Shown here: positions 30,660 to 41,693 of the stretch, one piece after another
Layout: each line of letters starts with the position of its first letter
How positions within the stretch are numbered: the stretch's first letter is position 1
Program-made: the position numbers and the translations under genes
DNA from: Bythopirellula sp.
GTDB taxonomy: Bacteria; Planctomycetota; Planctomycetia; Pirellulales; Lacipirellulaceae
Assembly: GCA_965216565.1 (NCBI GenBank)
Contig: OZ244170.1
Span: 2,304,001-2,368,000, forward strand
Direction: 5' to 3'
Length of the DNA: 64,000 nt
Notes under the pieces: generated by a model
Told to the model about the DNA's origin: nothing
Database searches by the model: none
The model's input: the letters and a program-made list of their open reading frames with translations, nothing else

Positions 30660-30674
30660 GCACTTCACGTGCCA
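30660..30674 (-). promoter_or_regulatory. Sigma54 (-24/-12) promoter
   Basis: TGGCACGTGAAGTGC versus consensus TGGCACG-N4-TTGC; GG-N10-GC spacing is exact and +1 falls at about 30648. Confidence 0.65.
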
Positions 30675-31221
30675 ACCTGGGGGGCATAGAGCGTTGGGCA
30701 GAGCCCAACCACCTTGCTTAAATACCTAGTGGCAATAGATTTAGAGTGAGACAAATTTCCCGGCTGTCAGAGATAGCTCTGCTCCTCGTAAGTCGGGTCT
30801 GTCCAATAATGACTAGGGCGGAATACTGCACTCGAAGGTGAATTGTCTTAAATGAACACACCGCTTGAAACACCTCGACTTTCGGCACCAAATGGACCCG
30901 ATTTCGTCTCATTTTGCGATGCTCCGTTCCAGATTGAACGTCACAAACTTAAACCATACAATGAGATACGCAAATTACATGCGGCAGGCGAAAGGCTTGG
31001 GATCTGCGGAAATGTCCGTTTCTCAATAGCTGGCCTGGAATTCGGCGGATTCTCGTTTCGAGACACGATTGCATTGCCAATTCTTGGTCAATCGAGGGTC
31101 CCGTTAGAATTCCTCCGCACTGCGGAACCAATACACCGCGTAGTCCGTAGGGAGTAGTGAGGTTATATTGCTCCCTCCTGCGATACTAATTCACACTTAT
31201 AACGTCCATGGAGTCTGACTG

Positions 31222-32064
31222 GTGCCAAACTATCCCGCCGCGATCGGTCCCCATCAGTGCGGAGCAGATCAGCCCTTGCTATGGATCGCCGGACCTTGCG
31301 TGCTGGAAAGCCAATCGGCTGCCCTTGAGATCGCCGAAGAGCTGCAGCGCATTGCCGACCTACTCTCTGTGCAGTTAGTATTCAAAGCGTCTTACGACAA
31401 AGCTAATCGCACGAGCGGCGATGCCTATCGCGGCCCAGGCTTGAAAGCTGGCCTAGAAATCCTGTCTGAAGTACATCGCGAGACGGGGCTACCGGTTACT
31501 ACCGACATCCATGAGCCTTCCCACGCAACGGCCGCAGGAGAGGTTTGCCACTTGCTTCAGATTCCCGCCTTTCTTGCGAGACAAACTGACCTGTTATTTG
31601 CAGCTGCTAAAACCGGTCGTGCCGTTAACGTGAAAAAAGCCCAGTTCATGGCGCCCAGCGATATGAAACACGTCGTCTCGAAGCTAAGCACGGCAGGTTG
31701 CCAAAATATCTTGCTCTGCGAACGAGGCACGTTTTTTGGATATGGAAAACTAGTCAACGACATGAGAGCCATCCCACAGATGCAACAGTTCGGCGTGCCC
31801 GTTGTTTTTGACGCAACGCACAGCGTTCAAGAACCCGGTGGCTTGGGCGGAGCAACCGGTGGCAACCGCGATATGGTAGAACCACTGGCACGCGCAGCGA
31901 TAGCCTTGGGAGCCGAAGGACTGTTTACCGAAACCCATCCTGATCCGGAACAATCTCCAAGCGATGGCGCTAATATGATTGCGCTATCCGATCTGGAGTC
32001 GGTCATGCGACGGTTGGTCGCCATTCGGCAGGTAGCCAGCAACTTGATTGAGATACCTTCGTGA
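31222..32064 (+). CDS. kdsA: KDO-8-phosphate synthase
   Basis: [32 protein letters not shown] and DATHSVQ. Confidence 0.97.
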   Translation: MPNYPAAIGPHQCGADQPLLWIAGPCVLESQSAALEIAEELQRIADLLSVQLVFKASYDKANRTSGDAYRGPGLKAGLEILSEVHRETGLPVTTDIHEPSHATAAGEVCHLLQIPAFLARQTDLLFAAAKTGRAVNVKKAQFMAPSDMKHVVSKLSTAGCQNILLCERGTFFGYGKLVNDMRAIPQMQQFGVPVVFDATHSVQEPGGLGGATGGNRDMVEPLARAAIALGAEGLFTETHPDPEQSPSDGANMIALSDLESVMRRLVAIRQVASNLIEIPS

Positions 32065-34151
32065 CCACCTCCAATAGACAGCTTTTTCCTCTATCGCTCC
32101 TGCTGGCAATTGTCGCGAACCTGCTGGCGATAACCACAGGCTGCGACAAGCCACATGCCCAACCCGGCTACCAGGGTGGGTCGATCCTTGCCGAAAACCA
32201 AAGCAAGACTTCCCGCGTATTGATCGATTCCATCGCTCGCACGCTCAATCATTTGCCTTCCGAGGTCGTCACCGACCTCATGCCGCCCAAGAATGTGCTC
32301 GATGATTCAAAGAGTGCTGACGGACAAGAAATCTTAGCCGTCCTTGGCCCCACTCCCGGTGTACCCAATAGCCCGTTCAATTACCTCAGCGTGCCGGAGG
32401 GCAATGGCAATTTCCGCACGCAACAGGTCCAACCGGGCGACATCGTGCGCTATTTTGTCAAATACAATCAAGACGATCTGGAGCACGGGTACGAGAACGT
32501 CACTTACTTGGAATTGATCGTTCGCCGACTCGACGTAAACAACCCTCAGAACGCTTTGATCCTTGAAGTGGGTTTGAATGGTCCTGTGGAGATTCCCCAC
32601 CGTGTGGAGGTCTGGAGGTTTTCTGATCGTCGGATGCGTGAGATCCGGACCCGATTGAATCGGTATCTAGAAAAGCCAGACACCATGATCGGTTGGGAAC
32701 CTAGCCCTGATGAATCAGCTTTGGTGCAGCTGACAGACCGTCTCAACCAGTGGTGGCGTAACCTACCTGCCGATACAGGAGATTGGAGTGCTTCTCCGCT
32801 GCTGGCCTCACTCCCCTCGGAGCTGATGAAAGAGGCAAAAGTCTCTCAATACTGGCAACCCGAGTCTTTGGCTGATGATGGATTCGAACTTTGGGAAACG
32901 AGGCTGCTACAGCAAGCCATTTGGCTGCGCGACATCTCAACCTGGGCTAAGAAGAACGCACTGACTGATCTCGAAGTGGCCCGCGCGCTTTTCGATTGGA
33001 CCATCCGCAATATCCAGTTGGATGGCCCCGACGAAGAGGCCATCGTCCACCATCCCTGGCAGGCCCTGATGTACGGACATGGCACCGCTGAGGATCGAGC
33101 GTGGGTGTTTGCCGAACTATGCCGTCACCAACAGTTGGATGTCGTCATGTTAGCGGTCGAGGACAATGGGAAGCCGCAGTGGTGGCTACCAGCTTTGCTC
33201 AGCGAAGGCCAACTCTATCTATTCGATACCCGTTTAGGATTGCCAATTCCAGGAGACTCCGCTGGGGAGATCGCCACGCTTGACGAGGTATTGGCTAATC
33301 CTGAAACTCTCGATCGCCTCTCAATAGAAGGGAAAGAGAGTTACCCCTTCTCTTCCGAAGCATTCCAGGGTGAGGACTCACCTGAAATTACAGCTTGGCT
33401 CGTTGGCTCACATCTGCAACTATCCCAGCGAGCCGCGGTCCTTCAGCAAGAACTGGAAGGTGAAGATTTTGTCACACTCACCGCCGACCTTGAAACGCAA
33501 TCTGACACGCTCGATGACATCGAAGCGATCGATCAAGTGCAACTCTGGGCCTATCCACTCCAGTCTCTGATGGAAGAACAAGGGATGTCCAGGTTGGCCC
33601 GCCTGAAGGCGGCTCAGCGGTTCTTGATATTTGCCCAACGTCCCAAATTGTGGGAGGCTCGTGTGTTGCATTTTCAGGGCACAAAAGATATCCCGCTTGG
33701 AGAACGCAACGATCCACTCGCTCAGGCCGACAGGGGACACCGACGTGCGACTGGACTCTACCAGGATCGTGGCATTCGACCCTCCGATCGAATCCTGGAA
33801 AAACTCGATCCCACTAAGCAGGCGATCTACCGCATATCTAAGCAGGACGCCAGCTATTGGCTCGGACTGCTAAAGGCAGACGAGGGGAATCCATCCGTGG
33901 CCCGACATTGGCTCGAAGAGCAGACGCTAAAAGCCAATCCTGATGGGCGTTGGTCCACTGGCGCTAGATACAATCTGGCACGCGTTTACGAAGAGCTTGG
34001 CGAATTGCAAAAAGCCATCGAACTTCTCGAGGCTGACAAGTCTCCTCAGCGATTGGGAAATCTTCTACGTGCTCAGCAGCTGAAAGAGCAACTCAATAAG
34101 CAGGACGGCTCCTCAGAACAGGCGAGTGAGGAGGAATCGGCCGGGGACTGA
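32061..34151 (+). CDS. Putative lipoprotein with a transglutaminase-like fold and C-terminal TPR
   Basis: Lipobox-like [31 protein letters not shown] and ARYNLAR TPR motifs. Overlaps the kdsA stop. Confidence 0.7.
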   Translation: MTTSNRQLFPLSLLLAIVANLLAITTGCDKPHAQPGYQGGSILAENQSKTSRVLIDSIARTLNHLPSEVVTDLMPPKNVLDDSKSADGQEILAVLGPTPGVPNSPFNYLSVPEGNGNFRTQQVQPGDIVRYFVKYNQDDLEHGYENVTYLELIVRRLDVNNPQNALILEVGLNGPVEIPHRVEVWRFSDRRMREIRTRLNRYLEKPDTMIGWEPSPDESALVQLTDRLNQWWRNLPADTGDWSASPLLASLPSELMKEAKVSQYWQPESLADDGFELWETRLLQQAIWLRDISTWAKKNALTDLEVARALFDWTIRNIQLDGPDEEAIVHHPWQALMYGHGTAEDRAWVFAELCRHQQLDVVMLAVEDNGKPQWWLPALLSEGQLYLFDTRLGLPIPGDSAGEIATLDEVLANPETLDRLSIEGKESYPFSSEAFQGEDSPEITAWLVGSHLQLSQRAAVLQQELEGEDFVTLTADLETQSDTLDDIEAIDQVQLWAYPLQSLMEEQGMSRLARLKAAQRFLIFAQRPKLWEARVLHFQGTKDIPLGERNDPLAQADRGHRRATGLYQDRGIRPSDRILEKLDPTKQAIYRISKQDASYWLGLLKADEGNPSVARHWLEEQTLKANPDGRWSTGARYNLARVYEELGELQKAIELLEADKSPQRLGNLLRAQQLKEQLNKQDGSSEQASEEESAGD

Positions 34152-35543
34152 TTACTCAACGAGGGAGGCGGGAGTCAACTTTAGTTCCACCTTACTTTTT
34201 TTGACAGTGCTCGCCAGCTTGCGATCTGCTTCAATGAAAAGCCACCCATTTTCGCAATGTAAGCTTGTGGGTGATAGTGGCTGAAAAAGACTGCTTGGAA
34301 TCGGCAGTTCCAACTCGCTCACGGCGATTCGCTCGGGTAGATCTCGCTTGAGCACATTCACCAGAATTCGGCGTAACGACAGATCGCGAAGACCGAGCTT
34401 AGGTCGTTTGCCCGCCTCGTCAGTGGGACGTTGGACTAGGGGTTGCCCGGCGAGAACTAACACTTGCTCATCTTGTTCAACCTCCGAACGATAGGCAAAC
34501 GAAATCTCCATTCCTCCATACGCCTGTCCGGCACGCTCAAAACCCTCGGCTGACAAGGTAACTGTGAGAGTTTCGTCTGCGAAAGAAACGACAAATGGGG
34601 AATGCTCTGCGAATTTGATTTTAAGGTCCGATTCGCTCCCTGCCGCGTCCTGATCGCCTGATACTACATTTTGTAACGTTGCACTTAGCGACTTGGACTT
34701 GCCGGCCAAAGGCTTCGAAGTGTAATTCACCGCATCTTGATGCACAGCTAAACGCAATTGCTTTCCTGCGTAAAACTTTTCCCTAGGCGTAGTAAAGCGA
34801 TTCTGCGGCGAGGGGGCAAAGCAGAGAGCTACTTGCACTGCCTTATTGTGGCTCACAACACTTGTTCGTATCGGATAGATATCGTTTTTCACTAACGGTG
34901 TGATCACTTCTCTCTGGTAGTCGCGATTCATCTTACTCACCGCCGATTGCAACTCGCGACGAAAAGAGTTGGAAACGTCGCGGAGCCCAATTCTCTCAGC
35001 AATCCGCCGATTCGAGCCACTTTGGTTTCTTACTTTCCGCAGCGCAATGCGACGTCGCAAACCTTTGAACGGCGTATAAATCGAAGTCGTTCTAGTTCTC
35101 AGTTTGCCAGAGGTAGAGACTTTTCCGGTTCGGAATCCAGAAAAGTCAAAGCGAACTTTCCCATTGGAATCGAAGTTCAATGTCCCGTGCTGACGGACAG
35201 TCACACGCTGCTGAGTGGCGCGCGTTCGCGAAAAACTTGTTCCTTGAAAGTCGACATCCCATAGAGCCGATTGATTGCTACTGATCAATTGCTGCTGGTA
35301 GTTGCCAGTGAGATTTCCAGATCCTCGCACGCGCGATCCGGCGATGCACTGCGAGACGGGAAAGCTCTGTTGCACATTATCCTCGCCAGATATACGGATC
35401 AGGTGACTAGGAATATGCAGCATGAAGTTCTCTTGCGTCTTTGGTCGTGAGAGAGGGACGACGGACGTAGAATCATCCGCACTTTCAATCGAAAGAGGCA
35501 ACAAGAGCAAAAGCTTGATACTGGAGACAAGGATAGCGTTCAT
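34152..35543 (-). CDS. Secreted hypothetical protein (beta-rich)
   Basis: Signal peptide MNAILV..ESA; ATGA overlap with the stop of the MMPL gene. Confidence 0.7.
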   Translation of the reverse strand: MNAILVSSIKLLLLLPLSIESADDSTSVVPLSRPKTQENFMLHIPSHLIRISGEDNVQQSFPVSQCIAGSRVRGSGNLTGNYQQQLISSNQSALWDVDFQGTSFSRTRATQQRVTVRQHGTLNFDSNGKVRFDFSGFRTGKVSTSGKLRTRTTSIYTPFKGLRRRIALRKVRNQSGSNRRIAERIGLRDVSNSFRRELQSAVSKMNRDYQREVITPLVKNDIYPIRTSVVSHNKAVQVALCFAPSPQNRFTTPREKFYAGKQLRLAVHQDAVNYTSKPLAGKSKSLSATLQNVVSGDQDAAGSESDLKIKFAEHSPFVVSFADETLTVTLSAEGFERAGQAYGGMEISFAYRSEVEQDEQVLVLAGQPLVQRPTDEAGKRPKLGLRDLSLRRILVNVLKRDLPERIAVSELELPIPSSLFQPLSPTSLHCENGWLFIEADRKLASTVKKSKVELKLTPASLVE

Positions 35544-38500
35544 GGTTGTGTCGTCGTTTGGGTACTGGAGTAAAACTTGAGGCCATCTTCGCTGAGATAA
35601 CCAATCGTGCAATCAAATGAATCGGAAATCGGCATCACCACCGAGAACAGCTGACTAGTCGGCGCGTCTCGATCTCCTTCGTCTACGGATGAATAGCCTT
35701 TAAATAAGGCCACAAACGGATTGGCCGTCGACCTCCGCTCGTTCTGTGATTCTCCCGAAGGTGAGCCTCGAACTACAATGACGCCAGGCTGCTCCTCGCT
35801 AGCTGAACTCGCATTCTCGATGCATTGCTTTACCTGCAGACTACCGGCTAGTGAGTTGCCCGCTGCTGTGTCCAATACCTGTCGCATGAGAGAAACGTCA
35901 TTGGTGTAAAACAAATAGTCATGGGCAACCATCATGACGAAATCTTCCCCACCCTCACTTTGCGGGGGAACGTGGTACATCGGAAACTCGACGCCGGGAA
36001 CTTCGATCGTCTGCTTTTGATCGTCTCCATCCATTAGCTTAAATACTACTTCAGCTGCCTTTTCGGGGGCAGCTGTTTCGACGGCGATTAGAAACCCCTG
36101 GGGGCGATCATCCGAAGGGACGCCGCGAATGATGTAAGCCCTGCTGAGGAAATCTGCGTAGAGATCCTCAACCATCTCCACCTCAATCCCTTGCTTGATA
36201 TCCGTGAGCAGATCACGGTAGGTGCCTGCGACGCCCTCCGCAAAACCATCGTCGAACACCGCATCGATATGATCAAATGCCCGGGGCAAGTCGAGAGAGA
36301 GGAGAGTTACGCTCTCTATTTGTTGTGGAACCCATGTTGCTAACTCGGTCGATTCCATAGGCTTTAAAAACTTCAGCATTTTCAGCGTCGATTTCCATTC
36401 ACCGCCTACCGTGCATTCGACTTCTGCAGAATGAGCCTTTAAACCCACAACAATAATAGTGCCCGCAAGTGCCTCGATGCTGGAAAGCCCATGGCGCTCT
36501 GCCTCTCGATAACGCTTACTCGCCCTGAGTTTCGGCTGCTGCTGGGCCAATATCCGATCTTTTAGCCAAGGGTCTACATACCAGGACAGACTTAGTTCGC
36601 CGCTATCTTTCGAGTCGAATTGCGTGAGTGCCTGCTGCCAGGAAAACGTGGCATGTTCCTGTTGTGGTTGTTCAATCTTATCAATCACACCCTGCTGTAT
36701 TTTCTTGTTGGTAGCCGCTAGGAACACTCCACCGTGAATGTACTGCTTGAGCGACTCTGCGCTATTCTCCTGAACTCGGACGACGACCAGTTGCTCTTCT
36801 TTCAGGTTGTGCAATATCTTGGCCCGAATCAGAGGCCCCTCGCTAACCTCGGCCAATGTCGGCGGAGAAATACCGAATAGCTTCTCGAAATCGCCCCATC
36901 TATCTTGCTGGTCGCCGGGGAACTCGGCCTGTTCCGCAACGGCCAGTGAGAAGTCGCTTACACAGGCCAACGACAAGACTTTCTCGGGCAAGATCCGAGC
37001 GAGAGCATCTCGTTGCTCGGCGAGTGTCTGAGCATAGGTTTCTGAGGCGACGAGGCTCCCGCCAATGATGAGTATTAGAACGATTCCCTTACGCAGTGCA
37101 CCCCGCGCCTCCGCCGACTGACTTGCCGAAGTCGCTCGGTTGTCAGCAGGAACGAACAGTCGGCCGAGGGGGCTGAGTAGAATCGCTGGCAATACGACTA
37201 AGTCGGCAACTAGTGCTAGAAACAGTAGCGTGAACATACACCAACCAAATCGTGATATCGGCGAGAAACCACTTCCCGCAAATACCAGGAGTCCCAATCC
37301 ACAGACTAAAGTTGTTTGGAGCATCGCGGCACCGCAACGTCGATAAGCACTACCCACAGCTTGTGGAATGGATTTGCCAGCCGAGAGAGCCCTTTGGAAC
37401 CAGGTGATGAAATGAAGCGAGTCGTCTACTGCAATCCCTAAGGCAGCACTCGCGGTGAGGACCGTGCCTACTTCGACCGACCATCCCAACCAGCCCATTA
37501 GACCAAATACAATCGCGCTGGGCAGTAGATTTGGGATCATGCACACCAGTCCGCACCACACACTACGGAACAGAAGCATTAGCGCTAATGAAACCAAAGA
37601 AAAGGCGAGTAGGAAACTATCGATCAGATCGTTCAGAAGCTCTTGCTGAACGTTGTAAATCAAAGGAATTCCGCCGCACACAAGTACCTGCTTGGGAACA
37701 ATCTTAGGACTATCAGCGAGAACGGCATCGACCACAGTTTCCGCCTCAGCAAGCAAGGCTCCGTAATTCACATCCTGCATCGAGGGTGCTCGCAGTGTGA
37801 TGCGCCAGTAGTTACTGGCATCCGTCAAACGCAAGTAGCCAAGATTACTCAACTCTTCCTGATTGCTCACCAATTGTCTCCTGAAAGCTGCCGCCCTCGC
37901 GAGTTGACGGAATCCGCCGCCGGGCGGAGGTGGATCTGGAGACAAAGTCGCTGAGCTGATTACGGCGTACCCTGGGTCGATTTCGGCGAGCTTTTCGTGT
38001 AATCGATGGACGACTCGAAATTGAGCCAGCAATTCATAGGCATCCCCAGTTGGCAATTCCAGTACAAGTTCCACTGGTACGAGAGGACCGATATTATTTT
38101 CTAACCATACGAAATCCTGGGACGATTGCATCTGGGGCGAAACTAATTCACGAAGTCCTACCGCCGTTTGAAGTCTTTTGACTCCCAGAGCCCCAACAAC
38201 TAATGTCGCGGCAACGACTAGCAAAAGCGGGACAGCTATCTTCGGGAGCCATTTGAGGGCAGACGTTTCGACTACTGCGTCTTTTGGTTCTTCGAGACCA
38301 CCTCCCAGCGACACCCTCCGCATTGGCCAGATCCGAAAGTGAGTCGGAACGAACACCATTACGACAGCCGTGCCTATGAGAATCGACAAGGCCGAAAAGA
38401 GCCCAAACCTCGATAGTGGCAACACATCGCTGATGCCTAATGACACCAACCCTAATGCTGTTGTCGCAGTTGCGACCAGTGTCGGACGCAACGCTACCCG

Positions 38501-39373
38501 CAGGGCCATCGCGGGGGCCTGGTCTGCGTCATACTCATCCACCGCGTCGCGGTAGTAATTGACAAGATGGACACCAACAGAGATCGTCAACACAAACGTT
38601 AAATTTGCCGTCAATAATAGAATAGAATCAAGATTCGATCCCAGATAGTGAATGAGAGCGAGACTTAGCTGCTCGTTGAACAACGCGAGCAAGAATACTA
38701 GCAAAGCCGCTCGCAAACTCTTTAAACAGACAACCAATATCGTCAGGCAAATTACATAAGAATAGAGATTTAGTTTTAGTAGCCCTTCTTGACTGGCGTT
38801 GTCGATGGCCACTCCTTCGATCGTTGGACCCGCCATACGCAGCGACTGGGGTTCAAGGCCTTCGACATTGTTCGCCGCGTTTCGCGCAAACGCCACGGCA
38901 CGGTGCCGATCAGCAGCTCCTGCGTATGACACCAAGGCGATGACGCAAGTGGTTGCATCGTCTGCGCTTACGATCCACCCTCCCATGCGATCCAACGCCT
39001 CGTCGCGGTCCATCTCTAGTGGCTCAGACTCGTAGAATTCTAAGATCTCGGGCCCTGTGATCGCATCGCGGTAAAAGACATCGCCAGCACTATTCGGACT
39101 TTGTAGAGCTTCGGCGTAAAGAGCAATTCTTGGATCATCAAGTGAGCAACCCTCCCAACTGATCATCAACAATTCGTCGCTACCAAAAAGCCCGACAAAC
39201 TCGGTGAGTTGCTCATCAATAGGCAACCAATCTTCCACGTTGTTGCTATTGCTCAGCCAAGATTGCCAAGCCGCATTTAGCGAGAAAGGCAAGAAAGCAA
39301 ACAAGGCCACAATCAACGCCCAGCGGTATGAGAGTAGGCGTTCGATGCGACCAACATGTTTATCTTGTGACAT
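35540..39373 (-). CDS. MMPL/RND-family lipid transporter fused to a ~500-aa C-terminal soluble domain
   Basis: Two RND halves (ATTALGLVSL, GIAVDDSLHF, PISRFG), then an extra hydrophobic segment and a soluble domain in the same ORF. Confidence 0.88.
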   Translation of the reverse strand: MSQDKHVGRIERLLSYRWALIVALFAFLPFSLNAAWQSWLSNSNNVEDWLPIDEQLTEFVGLFGSDELLMISWEGCSLDDPRIALYAEALQSPNSAGDVFYRDAITGPEILEFYESEPLEMDRDEALDRMGGWIVSADDATTCVIALVSYAGAADRHRAVAFARNAANNVEGLEPQSLRMAGPTIEGVAIDNASQEGLLKLNLYSYVICLTILVVCLKSLRAALLVFLLALFNEQLSLALIHYLGSNLDSILLLTANLTFVLTISVGVHLVNYYRDAVDEYDADQAPAMALRVALRPTLVATATTALGLVSLGISDVLPLSRFGLFSALSILIGTAVVMVFVPTHFRIWPMRRVSLGGGLEEPKDAVVETSALKWLPKIAVPLLLVVAATLVVGALGVKRLQTAVGLRELVSPQMQSSQDFVWLENNIGPLVPVELVLELPTGDAYELLAQFRVVHRLHEKLAEIDPGYAVISSATLSPDPPPPGGGFRQLARAAAFRRQLVSNQEELSNLGYLRLTDASNYWRITLRAPSMQDVNYGALLAEAETVVDAVLADSPKIVPKQVLVCGGIPLIYNVQQELLNDLIDSFLLAFSLVSLALMLLFRSVWCGLVCMIPNLLPSAIVFGLMGWLGWSVEVGTVLTASAALGIAVDDSLHFITWFQRALSAGKSIPQAVGSAYRRCGAAMLQTTLVCGLGLLVFAGSGFSPISRFGWCMFTLLFLALVADLVVLPAILLSPLGRLFVPADNRATSASQSAEARGALRKGIVLILIIGGSLVASETYAQTLAEQRDALARILPEKVLSLACVSDFSLAVAEQAEFPGDQQDRWGDFEKLFGISPPTLAEVSEGPLIRAKILHNLKEEQLVVVRVQENSAESLKQYIHGGVFLAATNKKIQQGVIDKIEQPQQEHATFSWQQALTQFDSKDSGELSLSWYVDPWLKDRILAQQQPKLRASKRYREAERHGLSSIEALAGTIIVVGLKAHSAEVECTVGGEWKSTLKMLKFLKPMESTELATWVPQQIESVTLLSLDLPRAFDHIDAVFDDGFAEGVAGTYRDLLTDIKQGIEVEMVEDLYADFLSRAYIIRGVPSDDRPQGFLIAVETAAPEKAAEVVFKLMDGDDQKQTIEVPGVEFPMYHVPPQSEGGEDFVMMVAHDYLFYTNDVSLMRQVLDTAAGNSLAGSLQVKQCIENASSASEEQPGVIVVRGSPSGESQNERRSTANPFVALFKGYSSVDEGDRDAPTSQLFSVVMPISDSFDCTIGYLSEDGLKFYSSTQTTTQP

Positions 39374-39375
39374 GC

Positions 39376-40833
39376 TCAGCGACCTGCCTGATCATTAAAA
39401 CTATCGGTCGATCGCTGGGATGTGCCCCTCTCAGTTTTCAGCACCTGTTGCACATACTTTGCAAGAAATACCCGAACGTCGGATTCTGAGATCACTTGGC
39501 TATCGTACTGAGCACAAAAGTTGAGTTTGCCTGCACATCCTGTTATTGCCAGTGCCAGAGAAGTTCCTGGGCGAACTGGGGGGGCTGCGGTCAGGTTGGT
39601 GAGTGTTAAGTTGCCCACCACTACCTGGCCATTTTTTCGAGGGAGCTTGGCTGACATGCGGCGTGTGACTTCTCCCAAATTGGAAAGCACCGCGGACACA
39701 AGGCGTCGCCTGCGTCGCGTGACAAAACTCAACATGCCGGGGAAACGATCGACAAATGCCACCGCAGCGGAAAACATCGTGCCCATGGCCCACCGCTGTA
39801 CAAAATTGACTTCCTCGACGATTCCTTTCAGTAGATCTCCTGAATTCTTGCACTCACTCCGATGGCGCGTAAGGAATGTGTAACCCAGAATATTCGTGGC
39901 CGGCGTAGCGCGGTCTTGCCTGGAACGCAGACTTGTAGGTATGGCAAGACGTAACCATGGGCCGCTCCGAGCAGATTGCCCCTCTGTCCACTCGCCCATG
40001 ATCTGAAACAAGTCGCGAATCAGCACATCGTTGAGCGTTGCGCCACTTTGTGACGCCAGCTTTCTAACCGGGGCTAGATCCTGATCGTCGACAGTCACTA
40101 CGACATAGTCTCTCTGAACATCCGCTGAGGGCTTCAGGCCATTTCGGGCAGTTATTAGTGCAGGTTGGCGCGAGAACATTTTCCAAGCTTCGCCGATCAT
40201 GCTTTTGACGACAGTCCAAGCTGAGACTGGATGAGGAATCGAAACCTGATAGACGCCCCGATTGCGAAGACGCGACGGGTCGAGTTCCACCAATTCTGGT
40301 TGCCTTTCGCTCACACTCTTCTCAGCTGCGTAAGCCGCCATTGCATCGCCTACGATTTGCAGCAGCCCCAGGCCATCCGTCACAGCATGGTGCGTGGAGA
40401 AGACTAAATAAGGACTCTCACCCGTGGAGAAACCATCGATTCGAAAGCAGGACTCGGCAGATGGATCAACTCTCTGACCGGCAAATGGTAAACGCGAGGG
40501 AGGTACATCATGCCATGTCACTGGCTGCTGCGGTAGCGAACCCAATACCCAGCAGTCCTGCGTTCCAATCTCCCGAACTTTTGAGCAAGTAAGCGGATGT
40601 CGGGCCAATGCAGACAGAATCGCAGATTCCATTGCTTCACGATCAAGCACTCCGTGGAGATCAACCACATAGGCATATGTCATTGGATAGTCGGGGCGAT
40701 CGTCTACCAACATATAGCGTTCGAAAGGCGTTAGCGGGAGAGGGAACACTGCTGCTGCTCGCTTCAGTTGCGCAGCATAACTCTGTTCGCTCCCTTTGCT
40801 CTTATCAGTTTCTCTGGATACGACTTGGCTCAT
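39376..40833 (-). CDS. Condensation-domain/PapA-like acyltransferase
   Basis: HHAVTDG (HHxxxDG), GATLNDVL and LSNLG. Confidence 0.8.
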   Translation of the reverse strand: MSQVVSRETDKSKGSEQSYAAQLKRAAAVFPLPLTPFERYMLVDDRPDYPMTYAYVVDLHGVLDREAMESAILSALARHPLTCSKVREIGTQDCWVLGSLPQQPVTWHDVPPSRLPFAGQRVDPSAESCFRIDGFSTGESPYLVFSTHHAVTDGLGLLQIVGDAMAAYAAEKSVSERQPELVELDPSRLRNRGVYQVSIPHPVSAWTVVKSMIGEAWKMFSRQPALITARNGLKPSADVQRDYVVVTVDDQDLAPVRKLASQSGATLNDVLIRDLFQIMGEWTEGQSARSGPWLRLAIPTSLRSRQDRATPATNILGYTFLTRHRSECKNSGDLLKGIVEEVNFVQRWAMGTMFSAAVAFVDRFPGMLSFVTRRRRRLVSAVLSNLGEVTRRMSAKLPRKNGQVVVGNLTLTNLTAAPPVRPGTSLALAITGCAGKLNFCAQYDSQVISESDVRVFLAKYVQQVLKTERGTSQRSTDSFNDQAGR

Positions 40834-40928
40834 TCTTAAAACGATCCCAGAGTTCCCGATCTCGTAGTTTCTCCGGCCCTGACAGCCTAGACACAACTCA
40901 CTGCCACATGCACATACTTTAGATTGAT

Positions 40929-41693
40929 TTAGACATGCACTGCTGCGCCACCATCGACGGTGAGTGTTTCGCCCTGCACAAGATCACTCAGTGGACTAGC
41001 CAGGTAGAGGACCGCATTGGCGACATCCTCGGCCTCTAGCAGTCGCTCGCCGGTCATGCTCTTATGCTCCCGCCCAGCAAACATTTGCTCAGCACCAGGG
41101 AGCCGTTTCGTCGAGTCTGTCGGCACAAGCCCCGCCCGGATTACGTTGAAATTGATATTCCGATCACCAAGTTCCAAAGCAAAGTGCCGCATCACCGATT
41201 CCAAGGCTGCCTTCGAACTGCCAATCGTCCCATACATGGGCAGTGCCATGAATGAACCATGGCTAGAGATGGCTACCACTTTGGCTCTCTGTTCGGAGGA
41301 TTCCAGCAAGGGCAATGCAGCCTGGACTAGATATATAACCGGCCGAACATTCGTGTTCATCGCTGCTTCAAAATTTCGTTCCGTCGTAGCAATTAGCGGA
41401 CGAAACCCTCCCGTGGCTGCGTTGCTGACAATAATGTCTAACGAGCCGAAAGCGAGTTTGATTTCGTTGATCATCTCGTCAACGTCTTCGCGCTCGCTCA
41501 CGTCGGCCCGAATGACCGCCACCGACCTACCCATGGCATGAATCTGTTCGCCGACTTCCATGGCAGCGTCTTTGGAGCTCACATAGTTTATAATCACATC
41601 AGCACCGGCATCGGCCAATGCAAGAGCGGTTGCTCGCCCAATGCCACGCGCGGAGCCAGTCACAAGTGCCACACGTCCTGTTAGATCGATCAT
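40929..41693 (-). CDS. FabL-like enoyl-ACP reductase (SDR)
   Basis: TGSARGIG, VSNAATGGFRPL and YGTIGSSKAALE (Y-x6-K enoyl reductase type). Confidence 0.8.
   Translation of the reverse strand: MIDLTGRVALVTGSARGIGRATALALADAGADVIINYVSSKDAAMEVGEQIHAMGRSVAVIRADVSEREDVDEMINEIKLAFGSLDIIVSNAATGGFRPLIATTERNFEAAMNTNVRPVIYLVQAALPLLESSEQRAKVVAISSHGSFMALPMYGTIGSSKAALESVMRHFALELGDRNINFNVIRAGLVPTDSTKRLPGAEQMFAGREHKSMTGERLLEAEDVANAVLYLASPLSDLVQGETLTVDGGAAVHV

Noticed and set aside
30718..31157. ORFs 30718-30912 (-), 30852-31157 (+) and 30949-31131 (-)
   Set aside because: No motifs or clear RBS; probably regulatory DNA for the divergent sRNA and kdsA.
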